A DNA stretch of 43,100 nucleotides from Ignavibacteriota bacterium (lineage in GTDB: Bacteria; Bacteroidota; Ignavibacteria; UBA10030; UBA6906): the NCBI GenBank assembly GCA_031394795.1, contig JANNUB010000300.1, positions 1-43,100 on the forward strand. The letters run 5' to 3'. Each line of letters starts with the position of its first letter. The first letter of the stretch is position 1. The position numbers were made by a program, and so were the translations under genes. Positions 8,987 to 18,097 of this stretch are shown here, in pieces. Below the pieces are notes generated by a model, which saw nothing but the letters and a program-made list of their open reading frames with translations, had not been told where the DNA came from and made no database searches.

Positions 8987-9904
8987 TCAGAACCCGAAGC
9001 CGATCCCTCCAGAGAAATGCTGAATGGTGCCGAAGTTCGCGTCCGCGTACACTTTGATTGCCTGCAGGTCAATCATAAGCCCCGTAGTTGCGCGGAAAGT
9101 GTTGCCGCCGTCAATCGTTGCGTTCACGAGCATTGGCGTCACGATGCCATTTGCGCTGTAGGTGTAGTGCAGCCGCATTGTGCTCGTTTCCCATCCTGCG
9201 CCGCCGTACAAGGTGAAAAGCAGAACGCTCTTGCTGAACTGAAGATTTATAGCGGTTCCTTCAAGCTCAAGAATGTTGCCGACAGAAAAATTGGAATAGA
9301 AACCACCGAGGGAGATGTCAAGAGGACATTGCGGAATGTACTGGCTGATGCTGTGGCGAATCCCGGCGCCGAACAAACGTGAAGGCGGAAGTTTGTTGCT
9401 GGAGAGCGAGGGCGTTGAGATATATCGTAGGAATGCCTGAGTGCCGAGCACCGTGCCGATCGTGATTTGCGGTGTGAACAGCGGAAAGTAATTCGTGTTG
9501 AGCATGCCGTCGGATACTTTGTACTGCATTCCCGATTGCGCGTCTATGAACGTCGTTCCTTTGCCGCCGAAGATCGTTGCCGTCCTGTAAGATCCTCCTT
9601 GTGGAACAAACCCCGCCGGCAATTTCGCCTCGTACGTCCGATGCTCTTCGCGGACAACCGACGCCATAGCAACCAGATCAACTCTGACATGAAAGCCGTC
9701 ATCCGGGATCGCCGCGGAATGATACAAGCCAGCGTTCATGTTCGCGCCGAACATATCACCTAATGGATGGACATAGCCTCTTACCTCTTCAGGTGTGAAC
9801 TGCTGAATAGTGATTTCCAATTGGGATTGTGACCGAGCATGAGGCGCTGCAAGGAATACAAGCCAGAAACCAAATTGCTGAAACCGTTTCCACGATATTG
9901 TCAT
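8987..9904 (-). CDS. Uncharacterised putative outer-membrane beta-barrel protein, copy B
   Basis: Signal-like N-terminus FGFWLVFLAAPHARSQ, C-terminal GGIGFGF, and collinear with copy A along its whole length. Confidence 0.75.
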   Translation of the reverse strand: MTISWKRFQQFGFWLVFLAAPHARSQSQLEITIQQFTPEEVRGYVHPLGDMFGANMNAGLYHSAAIPDDGFHVRVDLVAMASVVREEHRTYEAKLPAGFVPQGGSYRTATIFGGKGTTFIDAQSGMQYKVSDGMLNTNYFPLFTPQITIGTVLGTQAFLRYISTPSLSSNKLPPSRLFGAGIRHSISQYIPQCPLDISLGGFYSNFSVGNILELEGTAINLQFSKSVLLFTLYGGAGWETSTMRLHYTYSANGIVTPMLVNATIDGGNTFRATTGLMIDLQAIKVYADANFGTIQHFSGGIGFGF

Positions 9905-10144
9905 GATTCTCCCCTAAAATGTTGAAAGAAGCAACACTGCTCATCCCCCCGTTGCATGAACTCGCCAACACTAGCAGACTTGATATAGAGAACGTACAGG
10001 CTGGAATTTGAACTGAGGATCAGGATGGTGAGAGCCTTGGAGTTTTCAAGGAATCAGGTGTCTTCCCGCCAAATTCTACGATTAAGGTAACACATGAGGA
10101 ACAGAAAAGCAATAGGCAAAAAGACGTAAATCTAAATTTTTTTG

Positions 10145-11107
10145 CTATTTCTCTTTTACGGAATTCAGGAGGGATTCGAGGTCTCTTGGCAGGTTTGAAT
10201 CGAAGAACATTTTCTCTTTTGTCGCAGGATGAATGAAGCCGAGCGTTTTGGCGTGAAGCGCCTGGCGATGAAGAATCTTGAGAAGCTGCTGCACTTGGGC
10301 TTTTTGCTTTTGCGAACCAGAACCGGCAACAATTTGCCGACCGTTGTAGGTCGGATCGCCGAAGACAGGATGACCAATGTGTGCGAGGTGAACGCGAATC
10401 TGATGTGTCCGCCCAGTATGCAATTTGAGCGTGATGAGGGAAAGATACTCGAACTGCTCGATGACACTATACTCCGTGACGGCATGTTTGCCGTTTGCCA
10501 CGACGGCCATTTTCTTTCGGTCCGATTTGCTTCGGCCGAGACTCGCTTCGATGATGCCTTTCTTCTCCCGGAACGTTCCCCATACAAGCCCCAAATATTC
10601 CCGCGAAACAGTTCGCACGGAAAACTGTCTTGCAAGAAACGCATGCGCCGCGTCCGTCTTCGCAATCACCATCACCCCCGAAGTGTCTTTGTCAAGACGA
10701 TGCACGATGCCCGGACGTGTCTCATCATTCAGTGTCGAAAGATGATTACAATGATACAGCAACGCGTTCACAAGCGTGCCGGTGTAGTTTCCGTACGCTG
10801 GGTGCGTCACCATTCCAGCAGGCTTGTTCAAAACAAGGAGGTTCTCATCTTCGTACAGAATGTCGAGAGGGATGTTTTCCGGGAGCGCTTTTTGTGGAGG
10901 GGGCTTCGGAAGTGCGATACGAATCACTTCGTTGCCGGATACCTGGTGGCTGGAGCGTACTTTTTTTCCATCAACCTGCACCGCGCCTTCTTCGATTGCG
11001 CGCTGGACTTTGTTCCGGGTTGCGTTTTGGATGTGATGTGTAAGGAAGAGATCGAGCCGTTCCTTTTTCTTGCCTGCGGGAACGACGATTTCAATTTCGT
11101 GTGGCAT
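10145..11107 (-). CDS. rluD: RluA-family 23S rRNA pseudouridine synthase (RluD-like) with an N-terminal S4 domain
   Basis: Motifs HRLDKDTSGVMVIAKT and RTHQIRVHLAHIGHPVFGDPTY. Confidence 0.92.
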   Translation of the reverse strand: MPHEIEIVVPAGKKKERLDLFLTHHIQNATRNKVQRAIEEGAVQVDGKKVRSSHQVSGNEVIRIALPKPPPQKALPENIPLDILYEDENLLVLNKPAGMVTHPAYGNYTGTLVNALLYHCNHLSTLNDETRPGIVHRLDKDTSGVMVIAKTDAAHAFLARQFSVRTVSREYLGLVWGTFREKKGIIEASLGRSKSDRKKMAVVANGKHAVTEYSVIEQFEYLSLITLKLHTGRTHQIRVHLAHIGHPVFGDPTYNGRQIVAGSGSQKQKAQVQQLLKILHRQALHAKTLGFIHPATKEKMFFDSNLPRDLESLLNSVKEK

Positions 11108-11118
11108 TGAAGGAACCG

Positions 11119-11727
11119 CTACTGCGGCGAGTTTTCCGGCACGGGAGCTTTTTCAGATGAAACAGACACCAGTGCCGGTGCATCGGCAGCTTCGCGGGTA
11201 TGACGATGCTGAACAAAGAGGAGTATGAAAATGCCGATCGTTACTGCAGCATCGGCAACGTTAAACACCGGCCATCGCGAAAGCGAATAGCCAAGAACAT
11301 TGATATCAAAAAAATCAACATCGAAGAAGTCCACGACTCTCCCGTAGAACAAAGGTGCTTCGTTGAAGATAACCCCGTAGAAGGTCCTATCAATGAGATT
11401 TCCTATGGCGCCACCAAGAATAAGAGCGAGAGAGAGTCTGAATAAAAGCGCATCGTTCCGCGCCCGATACAGGTAGTAGTAAATCGCAATGCTGAGGGCT
11501 ATGGAAAAAAGGGAGAAGAACAGCTTTCCGCCAATATCAATCCCGAACGCCATGCCCGGATTCTCAATATACGTGAGCCGAAAAAAATCCCCCAGCACCG
11601 GTTTACTGAGACCGTATTGCATTCCATAGATATTGATGCCGAGCGAGGAAACGTTGATGCCCTTTACCCACAGCTTCGAGAGCTGGTCAACAGCGACGAT
11701 GAGGAGGGTGAGCCAGAGAACGCGCAC
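11119..11727 (-). CDS. lspA: lipoprotein signal peptidase (signal peptidase II)
   Basis: Motifs YIENPGMAFG, GGAIGNLIDR and WPVFNVADAAVTIG. Confidence 0.93.
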   Translation of the reverse strand: MRVLWLTLLIVAVDQLSKLWVKGINVSSLGINIYGMQYGLSKPVLGDFFRLTYIENPGMAFGIDIGGKLFFSLFSIALSIAIYYYLYRARNDALLFRLSLALILGGAIGNLIDRTFYGVIFNEAPLFYGRVVDFFDVDFFDINVLGYSLSRWPVFNVADAAVTIGIFILLFVQHRHTREAADAPALVSVSSEKAPVPENSPQ

Positions 11728-11734
11728 GAAGACC

Positions 11735-12259
11735 TCAGTTCTTCTTCATCTTCGCAAGCGCGAGGCGTCCTCGGGCACACGGCATGTTCGTGTTCTTGTA
11801 CTCCGCGCATGTTTGGGCGGTCGGTACGGCTTCGAGTCGCTCTTTGGGAACCAACAGTCTGCAGGTACGGCAGAGACCGTACGTGCCGTCCTCGATGCGC
11901 AGCAACGCATCATCCAGCTGGGTGACGAATTTGCTTCCACGCGACGCAAAGAGAAATGTTTTCTCGCGTTCCATCGCGTCGGTTCCCTGCTCCATGTGCA
12001 TCGAGTAGGTCGAGCTTTCCACAACGTACTCGCCCGTCATTGTGTCCATGATGCTTTCTTTGAGATTGTCGAGCTCTTCGACTGTCTCTTTGCGCTTTTC
12101 AAGGATCAACTCTTTGAAATGGCGCAGATCGCGAGGTCCGTAGCCTTTCGGCAGAGTCATTTTGATGACCATCGTTTTCGATTTTTTCGCAGACGCTTTG
12201 ACTCTGGCTTTTCCTTTGGGCGTTTTCTTTTTCGGTTTTTTTACTTTCGCTTTCGCCAT
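11735..12259 (-). CDS. TraR/DksA-family zinc-finger protein with a Lys-rich N-terminal tail
   Basis: C-terminal DGTYGLCRTCRLLVPKERLEAVPTAQTCAEY (CxxC...C). It sits in the common ileS-dksA-like-lspA arrangement. Confidence 0.8.
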   Translation of the reverse strand: MAKAKVKKPKKKTPKGKARVKASAKKSKTMVIKMTLPKGYGPRDLRHFKELILEKRKETVEELDNLKESIMDTMTGEYVVESSTYSMHMEQGTDAMEREKTFLFASRGSKFVTQLDDALLRIEDGTYGLCRTCRLLVPKERLEAVPTAQTCAEYKNTNMPCARGRLALAKMKKN

Positions 12260-12283
12260 GAACTTTGTTCGCTCCTTGTGTTG

Positions 12284-15200
12284 TTAGATTCTTTTCTCGA
12301 TGGAAATGTCCGCCGATTCGCCGTTGATATCCTGCGTATGGAATTCTCTCCCTGCGATGAGCTCCGAATGCAGTTCAACGGCAAGTGTTTCTGTTTTGAT
12401 GTACCCACTCAATGTTTGCAATGCCCGTGCGAGTTTCTCCGGAGCGCGGCAGCCGATGGTAATCCGATCCGTCACTTCGAAACCGGCGTCCTTGCGCATG
12501 TTCTGAATGCGGTTGACGAATTCGCGCGCAAATCCTTCATTCACCAGATCCTCCGTCAATTCCGTGTCGAGCGCGACAGTCAGTCCTCCCTCTGATTCGA
12601 CCAGCCAGCCCTGAATGTCTTCGCGCAGAATTTCGATGTCTTCCTTCGCAATTGTGAACGAAGAACCGTTCACCCGAAGCGTCATCGAGCCAATGTTCTC
12701 CAGCTCACCAATCTCGGCGCCATTCATCTCCTTGATTCGCTCGGCAATATGTTGTACGGATTTGCCGAACTTCGGCCCGATGGATTTGAAATTCGCTTTC
12801 GCCCTCTTCTTTACGATTCCCGAATCATCAGTGACAAACTCGATTTCCTTCACGTTGATTTCATCGAGAATGACGTCTTGCATCAACTCGACTTCATGCC
12901 GCTCCTTCTCGCTTACAATCGGAAGAATAATGCGCCTCAGAGGCTGGCGGACTTTCAAATTCGATTTCATCCGCATCGCACGAACAAGCTCGACAATCTT
13001 CCTCGCTCGTTCCATCTTCACTTCAAGCCCGAGGTCAACGGCATTCAATTCAACGTCGGGCATCAATGCAAGATGAACCGATTCGTGCGGCTCACGCTTC
13101 GTTACGGAGTTGAGATTGCGATACAGTTCCTCAGAGATAAACGGGGCGAACGGCGCCGAAAGTTTCGCGACTGCAATCAAGCATTCGTACAGTGTTTGAT
13201 ACGCCGCCGTCTTGTCTTTGCCAATCTCACTTTTCCAGAAGCGGCGACGATTACGACGAACATACCAATTCGAGAGCCTGTCCACTGTGAATTCACTCAC
13301 ACTCCTCGCCGCTTTTGTAACATCGTACGCTTCCATGAATTCCGTATAGCATTTGATGAGTGAATTCAACTCCGACAGAATCCATCGGTCAATCTCCTGG
13401 CGCTCTCCTACGGGAATTCGCGGTTCAGCATAACGAGACTTATCGATGTTGGCGTAGAGCGCGAAGAACGCGTAGGTGTTTACAAGCGTTCCGAAAAACT
13501 TCCGCTGCACATCACCAAGCTCATCAACATCAAATCTTGTCGTGCGCCAGGGCGGACTCGACGTAACAAGATACCAGCGCGTCGTATCGGCGCCGTATTT
13601 TGCAATCGTCTCGAACGGGTTGACGGTGTTGCCGAGCGACTTCGACATCTTCCGCCCTTCTTTATCGAGAATCAGTTCGTTGACAATGAGGTTTTTGTAC
13701 GCGGGCTTGTCGAAAAGAAACGTTCCGATTGCATGTAACGAATAAAACCAGCCGCGCGTTTGGTCAATGCCTTCACAAATAAAATCCGCGGGATACTGTT
13801 TGCCCGAATCAATAAGTTCCTTGTTCTCAAACGGATAGTGCCATTGTGCAAAACTCATCGCGCCCGAATCGTACCATGCGTCAATCAGCTCCGGCGTTCG
13901 CTTTATCGTTCCGCCGCAGGAACATTGCCACGTGATTTCATCAACGAAGGGCTTGTGCAAATCCAGCGGGATCCCTGAACCCTGAACCCTGAACCCTGAA
14001 ACGCTTTCCAACTCCGCAACGCTTCCCACACACTCCTGTTTCTTGCACTCCTCGCACACCCAAATCGGCAGAGGAGTTCCCCAAAATCTATCGCGCGAAA
14101 GCGCCCAATCTTTATTTTCCTCCAACCAATTTCCAAAACGTCCTTCGCCAACTTCCGGTGGCACCCAATTGATTTGCTTGTTCAGCTCAATCATCTTCGC
14201 CGCGTACTTCGTCGTGCTGATGTACCACGACTCGCGCGCGTAATATAACAGCGGCGTCTTGCATCGCCAGCAATGCGGATAGCTGTGAGTGATTGTTTCT
14301 TTGCGATAGAGAATACCGCGCTGTTTCAGATTTTGGATGATAAGCGGGTCGGCGTCCTTCACAAATTTTCCCGCGAAGTCAGTCACTTCACTTGTGAACT
14401 CACCGCTCTTGTTCACCGGGTGAATGGTCGGCAGATTGTATTTCTTCGACGTTTGATAATCGTCTTCGCCGTACGCGGGCGCCATGTGAACGATGCCGGA
14501 GCCATCCGCAGTTGTTACGAAATCCGCTTCGACAACATAGAATCCTTTTTTATCAACAGGATGATAATTGAAGATGCGTTCGTATTCGAGACCTGCGAGT
14601 TGCTTGCCTTTCATTTTCTCCAACACAGCATACTCGCCTTCAAGCGCGCTCAATCGCGCTTCCGCGAGAATGAGCTTTTCGCCTTTATGTTCAACTTTCA
14701 CATAATCAATATTAGGATGAACTGCGAGCGCAACATTTGAGATGAGCGTCCACGGTGTTGTCGTCCAAACGAGGAACGACGTGTCAGGTTGCGACTTGAG
14801 TCGCATCTTCACATACACGCTCGGGTCTTTCACATCTTCATAGCCAAGCGAGACTTCATGCGACGAAAGCGGCGTTTCGCAACGCGGGCAGTACGGCTGA
14901 ATCTTGTAGCCCTTGTAAATCATACCCGCGTCGAAAAACTTTTTCAGCGACCACCACACGGACTCGATGTAATCGTTCTCGAACGTGATGTACGGCTTCG
15001 AAAGGTCAACCCAATAGCCCATCTGCTCCGTCATCTGTTCCCACTCGGTTTTGTATTTCCAAACAGACTCGCGGCATTTTTGATTGAATGCCGCGACGCC
15101 GTACCTCACAATTTCCTCTTTGTGTTTGAAGCCGAGTTCCTTCTCCACTTCAATCTCGACCGGAAGTCCGTGCGTATCCCATCCCGCTTTGCGATGCACT

Positions 15201-15454
15201 TGAAAGCCGCGCATCGTTTTGTAGCGGCAGACCAAATCCTTCAGCGTCCGCGCCATCACATGATGAATGCCGGGCCGCCCGTTCGCGGTCGGCGGACCTT
15301 CATAAAACGTGAAGCCCTTCGCGCCTTCGCGAGTCGAAATGCTCTTCTCAAAAATTCCGTTCTCTTTCCAGAATTTCAGGATTTCTTTTTCGACTTCGGG
15401 ATAGGAAATTTTTTCTGTGAGTTCTTTGAACATCATCTTCTTCTCTATTGTCAT
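12284..15454 (-). CDS. ileS: isoleucine--tRNA ligase (type 2); the true start may be the ATG at 15436 or 15433 (MMFKEL)
   Basis: HIGH-type PPTANGRPGIHH, KMSKS (KMSKSLGN), and 1056 aa collinear with IleS. Confidence 0.97.
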   Translation of the reverse strand: MTIEKKMMFKELTEKISYPEVEKEILKFWKENGIFEKSISTREGAKGFTFYEGPPTANGRPGIHHVMARTLKDLVCRYKTMRGFQVHRKAGWDTHGLPVEIEVEKELGFKHKEEIVRYGVAAFNQKCRESVWKYKTEWEQMTEQMGYWVDLSKPYITFENDYIESVWWSLKKFFDAGMIYKGYKIQPYCPRCETPLSSHEVSLGYEDVKDPSVYVKMRLKSQPDTSFLVWTTTPWTLISNVALAVHPNIDYVKVEHKGEKLILAEARLSALEGEYAVLEKMKGKQLAGLEYERIFNYHPVDKKGFYVVEADFVTTADGSGIVHMAPAYGEDDYQTSKKYNLPTIHPVNKSGEFTSEVTDFAGKFVKDADPLIIQNLKQRGILYRKETITHSYPHCWRCKTPLLYYARESWYISTTKYAAKMIELNKQINWVPPEVGEGRFGNWLEENKDWALSRDRFWGTPLPIWVCEECKKQECVGSVAELESVSGFRVQGSGIPLDLHKPFVDEITWQCSCGGTIKRTPELIDAWYDSGAMSFAQWHYPFENKELIDSGKQYPADFICEGIDQTRGWFYSLHAIGTFLFDKPAYKNLIVNELILDKEGRKMSKSLGNTVNPFETIAKYGADTTRWYLVTSSPPWRTTRFDVDELGDVQRKFFGTLVNTYAFFALYANIDKSRYAEPRIPVGERQEIDRWILSELNSLIKCYTEFMEAYDVTKAARSVSEFTVDRLSNWYVRRNRRRFWKSEIGKDKTAAYQTLYECLIAVAKLSAPFAPFISEELYRNLNSVTKREPHESVHLALMPDVELNAVDLGLEVKMERARKIVELVRAMRMKSNLKVRQPLRRIILPIVSEKERHEVELMQDVILDEINVKEIEFVTDDSGIVKKRAKANFKSIGPKFGKSVQHIAERIKEMNGAEIGELENIGSMTLRVNGSSFTIAKEDIEILREDIQGWLVESEGGLTVALDTELTEDLVNEGFAREFVNRIQNMRKDAGFEVTDRITIGCRAPEKLARALQTLSGYIKTETLAVELHSELIAGREFHTQDINGESADISIEKRI
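13973..14000. repeat. Heptanucleotide tandem repeat (ccctgaa)x4 inside ileS
   Basis: Counted directly. On the coding strand it is (ttcaggg)x4 and encodes part of SGFRVQGSG. Confidence 0.95.
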
Positions 15455-15530
15455 TCTGAGGGAGCGTAGCGACCGAAGAATCCGATACTGACATCCACTA
15501 AACTGGATTCTTCGCTTCGCTCAGAATGAC
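15450..15530 (-). repeat. Long inverted-repeat (REP-like) element between the SIMPL gene stop and ileS; it may act as a terminator or a 5'-UTR structure
   Basis: The arms are gtcattctgag...cgaagaatcc (15450-15483) and ggattcttcg...ctcagaatgac (15505-15530). They give 11 + 10 perfect base pairs around an internal loop. The ileS-proximal arm contains the ATG at 15454-15452. Confidence 0.7.
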
Positions 15531-15538
15531 GCTTCGCG

Positions 15539-16252
15539 TCACTTCAACTCAAACACCACATCCACTTGCGTGCTGATGGAAAGCTCGCCAGTCATGATCG
15601 GCGCGGCAGAGGAACTGGCATCCATCATCGCGGTACGCATCATCGGCATTGGCATCGGCCCGCCGCCGACGGATTCGGAAATCGTCATTACTCTGCCGAG
15701 CGTTGCGCCCAATTCTTTCGCGAGAACGTCGGCGCGCGCCTGCGCGTCGGACGCGGCTTTCTTCAACGCGTCGCGCTCAAGCTCGCGTTGCTTCGAGTTT
15801 TCATATTGCAATCCCCCGAAACTTGTGGCGCCGGCTTTCACTGCTTTGTCCATGAAGTCGCCGACGTTGTCCATCATCTTCCCTTTGAAGACGACGGAGA
15901 AATCGTTCGAGCCATTGTAGCCGAGAATCGGCGGCGGCTGGATGTTTTTCGAGTAATCGAGAATGGGCGAGACATTCACGTGCGACGTTTGAATTTCTTT
16001 TTCCTCCACGCCGTAATTCTTCAGCAACGCGAGCACCGCCCGCGTCTTCGCGCTCGCCTGCGACATCGCTGCCGATGCGGATTCGCCGCGCGTGTTCACT
16101 TGCACGCTCAGCCGGATTTGGTCGGGCGCGGTTTTCACGAATCCTTCGCCGCGAACGCTGACCGTGCGCGCTCGTTCTCTTGGTTCAGTTTGTTGCGAGA
16201 GTGCGGATGCGAACAACATCATGGTAACTCCTGTGAGCAAAAGTTTTTTCAT
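15539..16252 (-). CDS. SIMPL (DUF541) domain periplasmic protein
   Basis: Signal peptide MKKLLLTGVTMMLFASALSQQ. The block VSVRGEGFVKTAPDQIRLSVQV and the layout KKAASDAQARADVLAKELG...L..V..ISE resemble the BP26/SIMPL family. Confidence 0.8.
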   Translation of the reverse strand: MKKLLLTGVTMMLFASALSQQTEPRERARTVSVRGEGFVKTAPDQIRLSVQVNTRGESASAAMSQASAKTRAVLALLKNYGVEEKEIQTSHVNVSPILDYSKNIQPPPILGYNGSNDFSVVFKGKMMDNVGDFMDKAVKAGATSFGGLQYENSKQRELERDALKKAASDAQARADVLAKELGATLGRVMTISESVGGGPMPMPMMRTAMMDASSSAAPIMTGELSISTQVDVVFELK

Positions 16253-16377
16253 GTTTTTCCTTTTTCAATGTTGAGCGGAGCGTCCGAAGGATCCCTTTGG
16301 GGAAACATCTCACCGCTGTTCGGTTTCATGACAGGCTTCAAACTGACCAGCATAGAGACCCTTCGCCCAAAGAAGGC

Positions 16378-16602
16378 TCAGGGTTTACGAAAATATTGTA
16401 TCAACCAAAGTACGACTGAAATCAAAAGGCTGACGAAAATGCTTGTCGTCAGCGGAAAGTAGAATCGGAAATTCTCTTTCTCGATGCGAATATCGCCGGG
16501 GAGTTTGCCGAGGAACGGAATCTTGTCGAAGAACATCAACCCCCCGCCGATCGCTGTAATTACAATTCCGATGAGAACGAGATGTTTACCTATGCCTTCC
16601 AT
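16378..16602 (-). CDS. DUF2905 family small membrane protein
   Basis: LGKLPGDIRIEKENFRFYFPLTTSI is the DUF2905 signature. Start chosen at ATG 16602 (MEGIGKHL). Confidence 0.8.
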   Translation of the reverse strand: MEGIGKHLVLIGIVITAIGGGLMFFDKIPFLGKLPGDIRIEKENFRFYFPLTTSIFVSLLISVVLWLIQYFRKP

Positions 16603-16695
16603 TTGCCTGCGCTTAGAGTTTATAGGGTTTGTAGAGTCACCCACGCACAGCGCTCTACTCTAAACTCCATGAACTCTAAAAACTCTATGAACTTC

Positions 16696-17538
16696 TTACA
16701 GATTCTCAACTACGCCCTTCATTATCGCCGTCAACTTCGGTTCCGCCTCATTCGCAACGGCAATTATCTCCGCGACATTCGCGGGTTGAAGTGAATCAGG
16801 AAAACATTCGTCTGTAATAATCGAGAAGCCGAGAACATTGATTCCCATATGAACCGCTACAATATTTTCTGGAACGGTGGACATGCCAACGACATCTGCT
16901 CCAATCAATCTCAAAAACCTATACTCAGCGCGCGTCTCGAGATTCGGTCCAGCCACCGCAACGAAGACGCCTTTTTCAACACGAATCTTTTTTTCGAGCG
17001 CAACCTTCTCCGCAATCGCAATCAACTCTCTGCTGTACGGCTCCGACATGTCGGGAAACCGCGGACCGAGCGAATCATCATTCGGACCAATCAACGGATT
17101 ATCGCCTTGCAAGTTGATATGGTCGGTGATGATCATGACCGTGCCCTTCTTCCATTGCGGATTCATTCCGCCCGCCGCGTTCGAAATCAGCAGCGTGTTC
17201 ACGCCGAGAAATTTCATCACACGAACAGGAAACGTCACCTGTTGCATCGTGTAGCCTTCATAGAAATGAAAGCGACCTTGCATCGCGACAACCTGTTTGC
17301 CGCCGAGCGTTCCGAAAATCAATCTGCCGTGGTGCGACTCGACTGTCGAGACAGGAAAGTGCGGAATAGTTTCGTACTCAACGACGACCTCTTGTTTGAT
17401 CTCTTTCGCCAGTCCGCCGAGTCCTGTACCGAGAATGATCCCGATCGGTCGCAGACTCGACTCGGTGAGCGGCGGCATTGAAGTCTTTGTGCGAAGAAAC
17501 TTTACCGCATCATCAATGTGCTGCCGGAGTTCGGTCAT
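16696..17538 (-). CDS. purine nucleoside phosphorylase (trimeric PNP, family I)
   Basis: Motifs GRLIFGTLGGKQVVAMQGRFHFYEGY, SNAAGG and GADVVGMSTVPE. Confidence 0.92.
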   Translation of the reverse strand: MTELRQHIDDAVKFLRTKTSMPPLTESSLRPIGIILGTGLGGLAKEIKQEVVVEYETIPHFPVSTVESHHGRLIFGTLGGKQVVAMQGRFHFYEGYTMQQVTFPVRVMKFLGVNTLLISNAAGGMNPQWKKGTVMIITDHINLQGDNPLIGPNDDSLGPRFPDMSEPYSRELIAIAEKVALEKKIRVEKGVFVAVAGPNLETRAEYRFLRLIGADVVGMSTVPENIVAVHMGINVLGFSIITDECFPDSLQPANVAEIIAVANEAEPKLTAIMKGVVENL

Positions 17539-18070
17539 GCTCGATTGCTTTCAGAATATTGTCGAGGTCAATGTTCTCTTTTCCGGTGCCGTGCGAAGGA
17601 TTGTTCGCGAGAACGGGATCGCTCCCCACCTCAAGGGATTTCAGCAACTCAAGCTCGGAACTCAACAGAACGCGTAGCCGCCCGATCACGGAATCCCGGC
17701 GACCGTGAAGCTGCGCGATCTCGTTGTTGAGCCTTGCAATCTCGCCGTTCGCACTGATGAGGATCTGCGACGCTTTCACCTCAGCCTCTTTGATGATGGA
17801 TTCGGCGTCGCGGCGAGCCGCTTCATACGTTTTCCCTGTTGCCTCTTGTGCCTGCATCAACGTTTGCTGAAGAGTGCGCTCGATTTGTTTGTAGTTCTTC
17901 AGGTCGGATTCAAGCTCGATCAGCCTTGTCTTGGAGTCACTTTGTTCCTTCACGAGGCTTTCAAGCTCGTTCCCCATCATTTCCATAAACGTTTGCACTT
18001 CAACAGTATCATATCCGCGCAGCGATTTTTTGAACTCCTGCCTCCGAATGTCGAGCGGTGTGAGTTTCAT
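17513..18070 (-). CDS. divIVA: DivIVA domain-containing coiled-coil protein
   Basis: N-terminal MKLTPLDIRRQEFKKSLRGYDTVEVQTFM is the DivIVA lipid-binding motif, followed by coiled coil. Confidence 0.88.
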   Translation of the reverse strand: MKLTPLDIRRQEFKKSLRGYDTVEVQTFMEMMGNELESLVKEQSDSKTRLIELESDLKNYKQIERTLQQTLMQAQEATGKTYEAARRDAESIIKEAEVKASQILISANGEIARLNNEIAQLHGRRDSVIGRLRVLLSSELELLKSLEVGSDPVLANNPSHGTGKENIDLDNILKAIEHDRTPAAH

Positions 18071-18097
18071 CGTACTTCTCCTCTTGTTATTGTATGG

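Noticed and set aside
9905-10144. Search for a promoter, sigma54 site or RNA gene in the 240-bp spacer upstream of OMP copy B
   Set aside because: No convincing -35/-10 pair, TGGCAC-N5-TTGC or Bacteroidetes TAnnTTTG match was found on the relevant strand. There is also no tRNA-like or known ncRNA signature.
13973-14000. Telomere-like or CRISPR-like interpretation of the TTCAGGG heptamer array
   Set aside because: There are only four units with no spacers, and the array lies in frame inside ileS. It is a simple slippage-type microsatellite.
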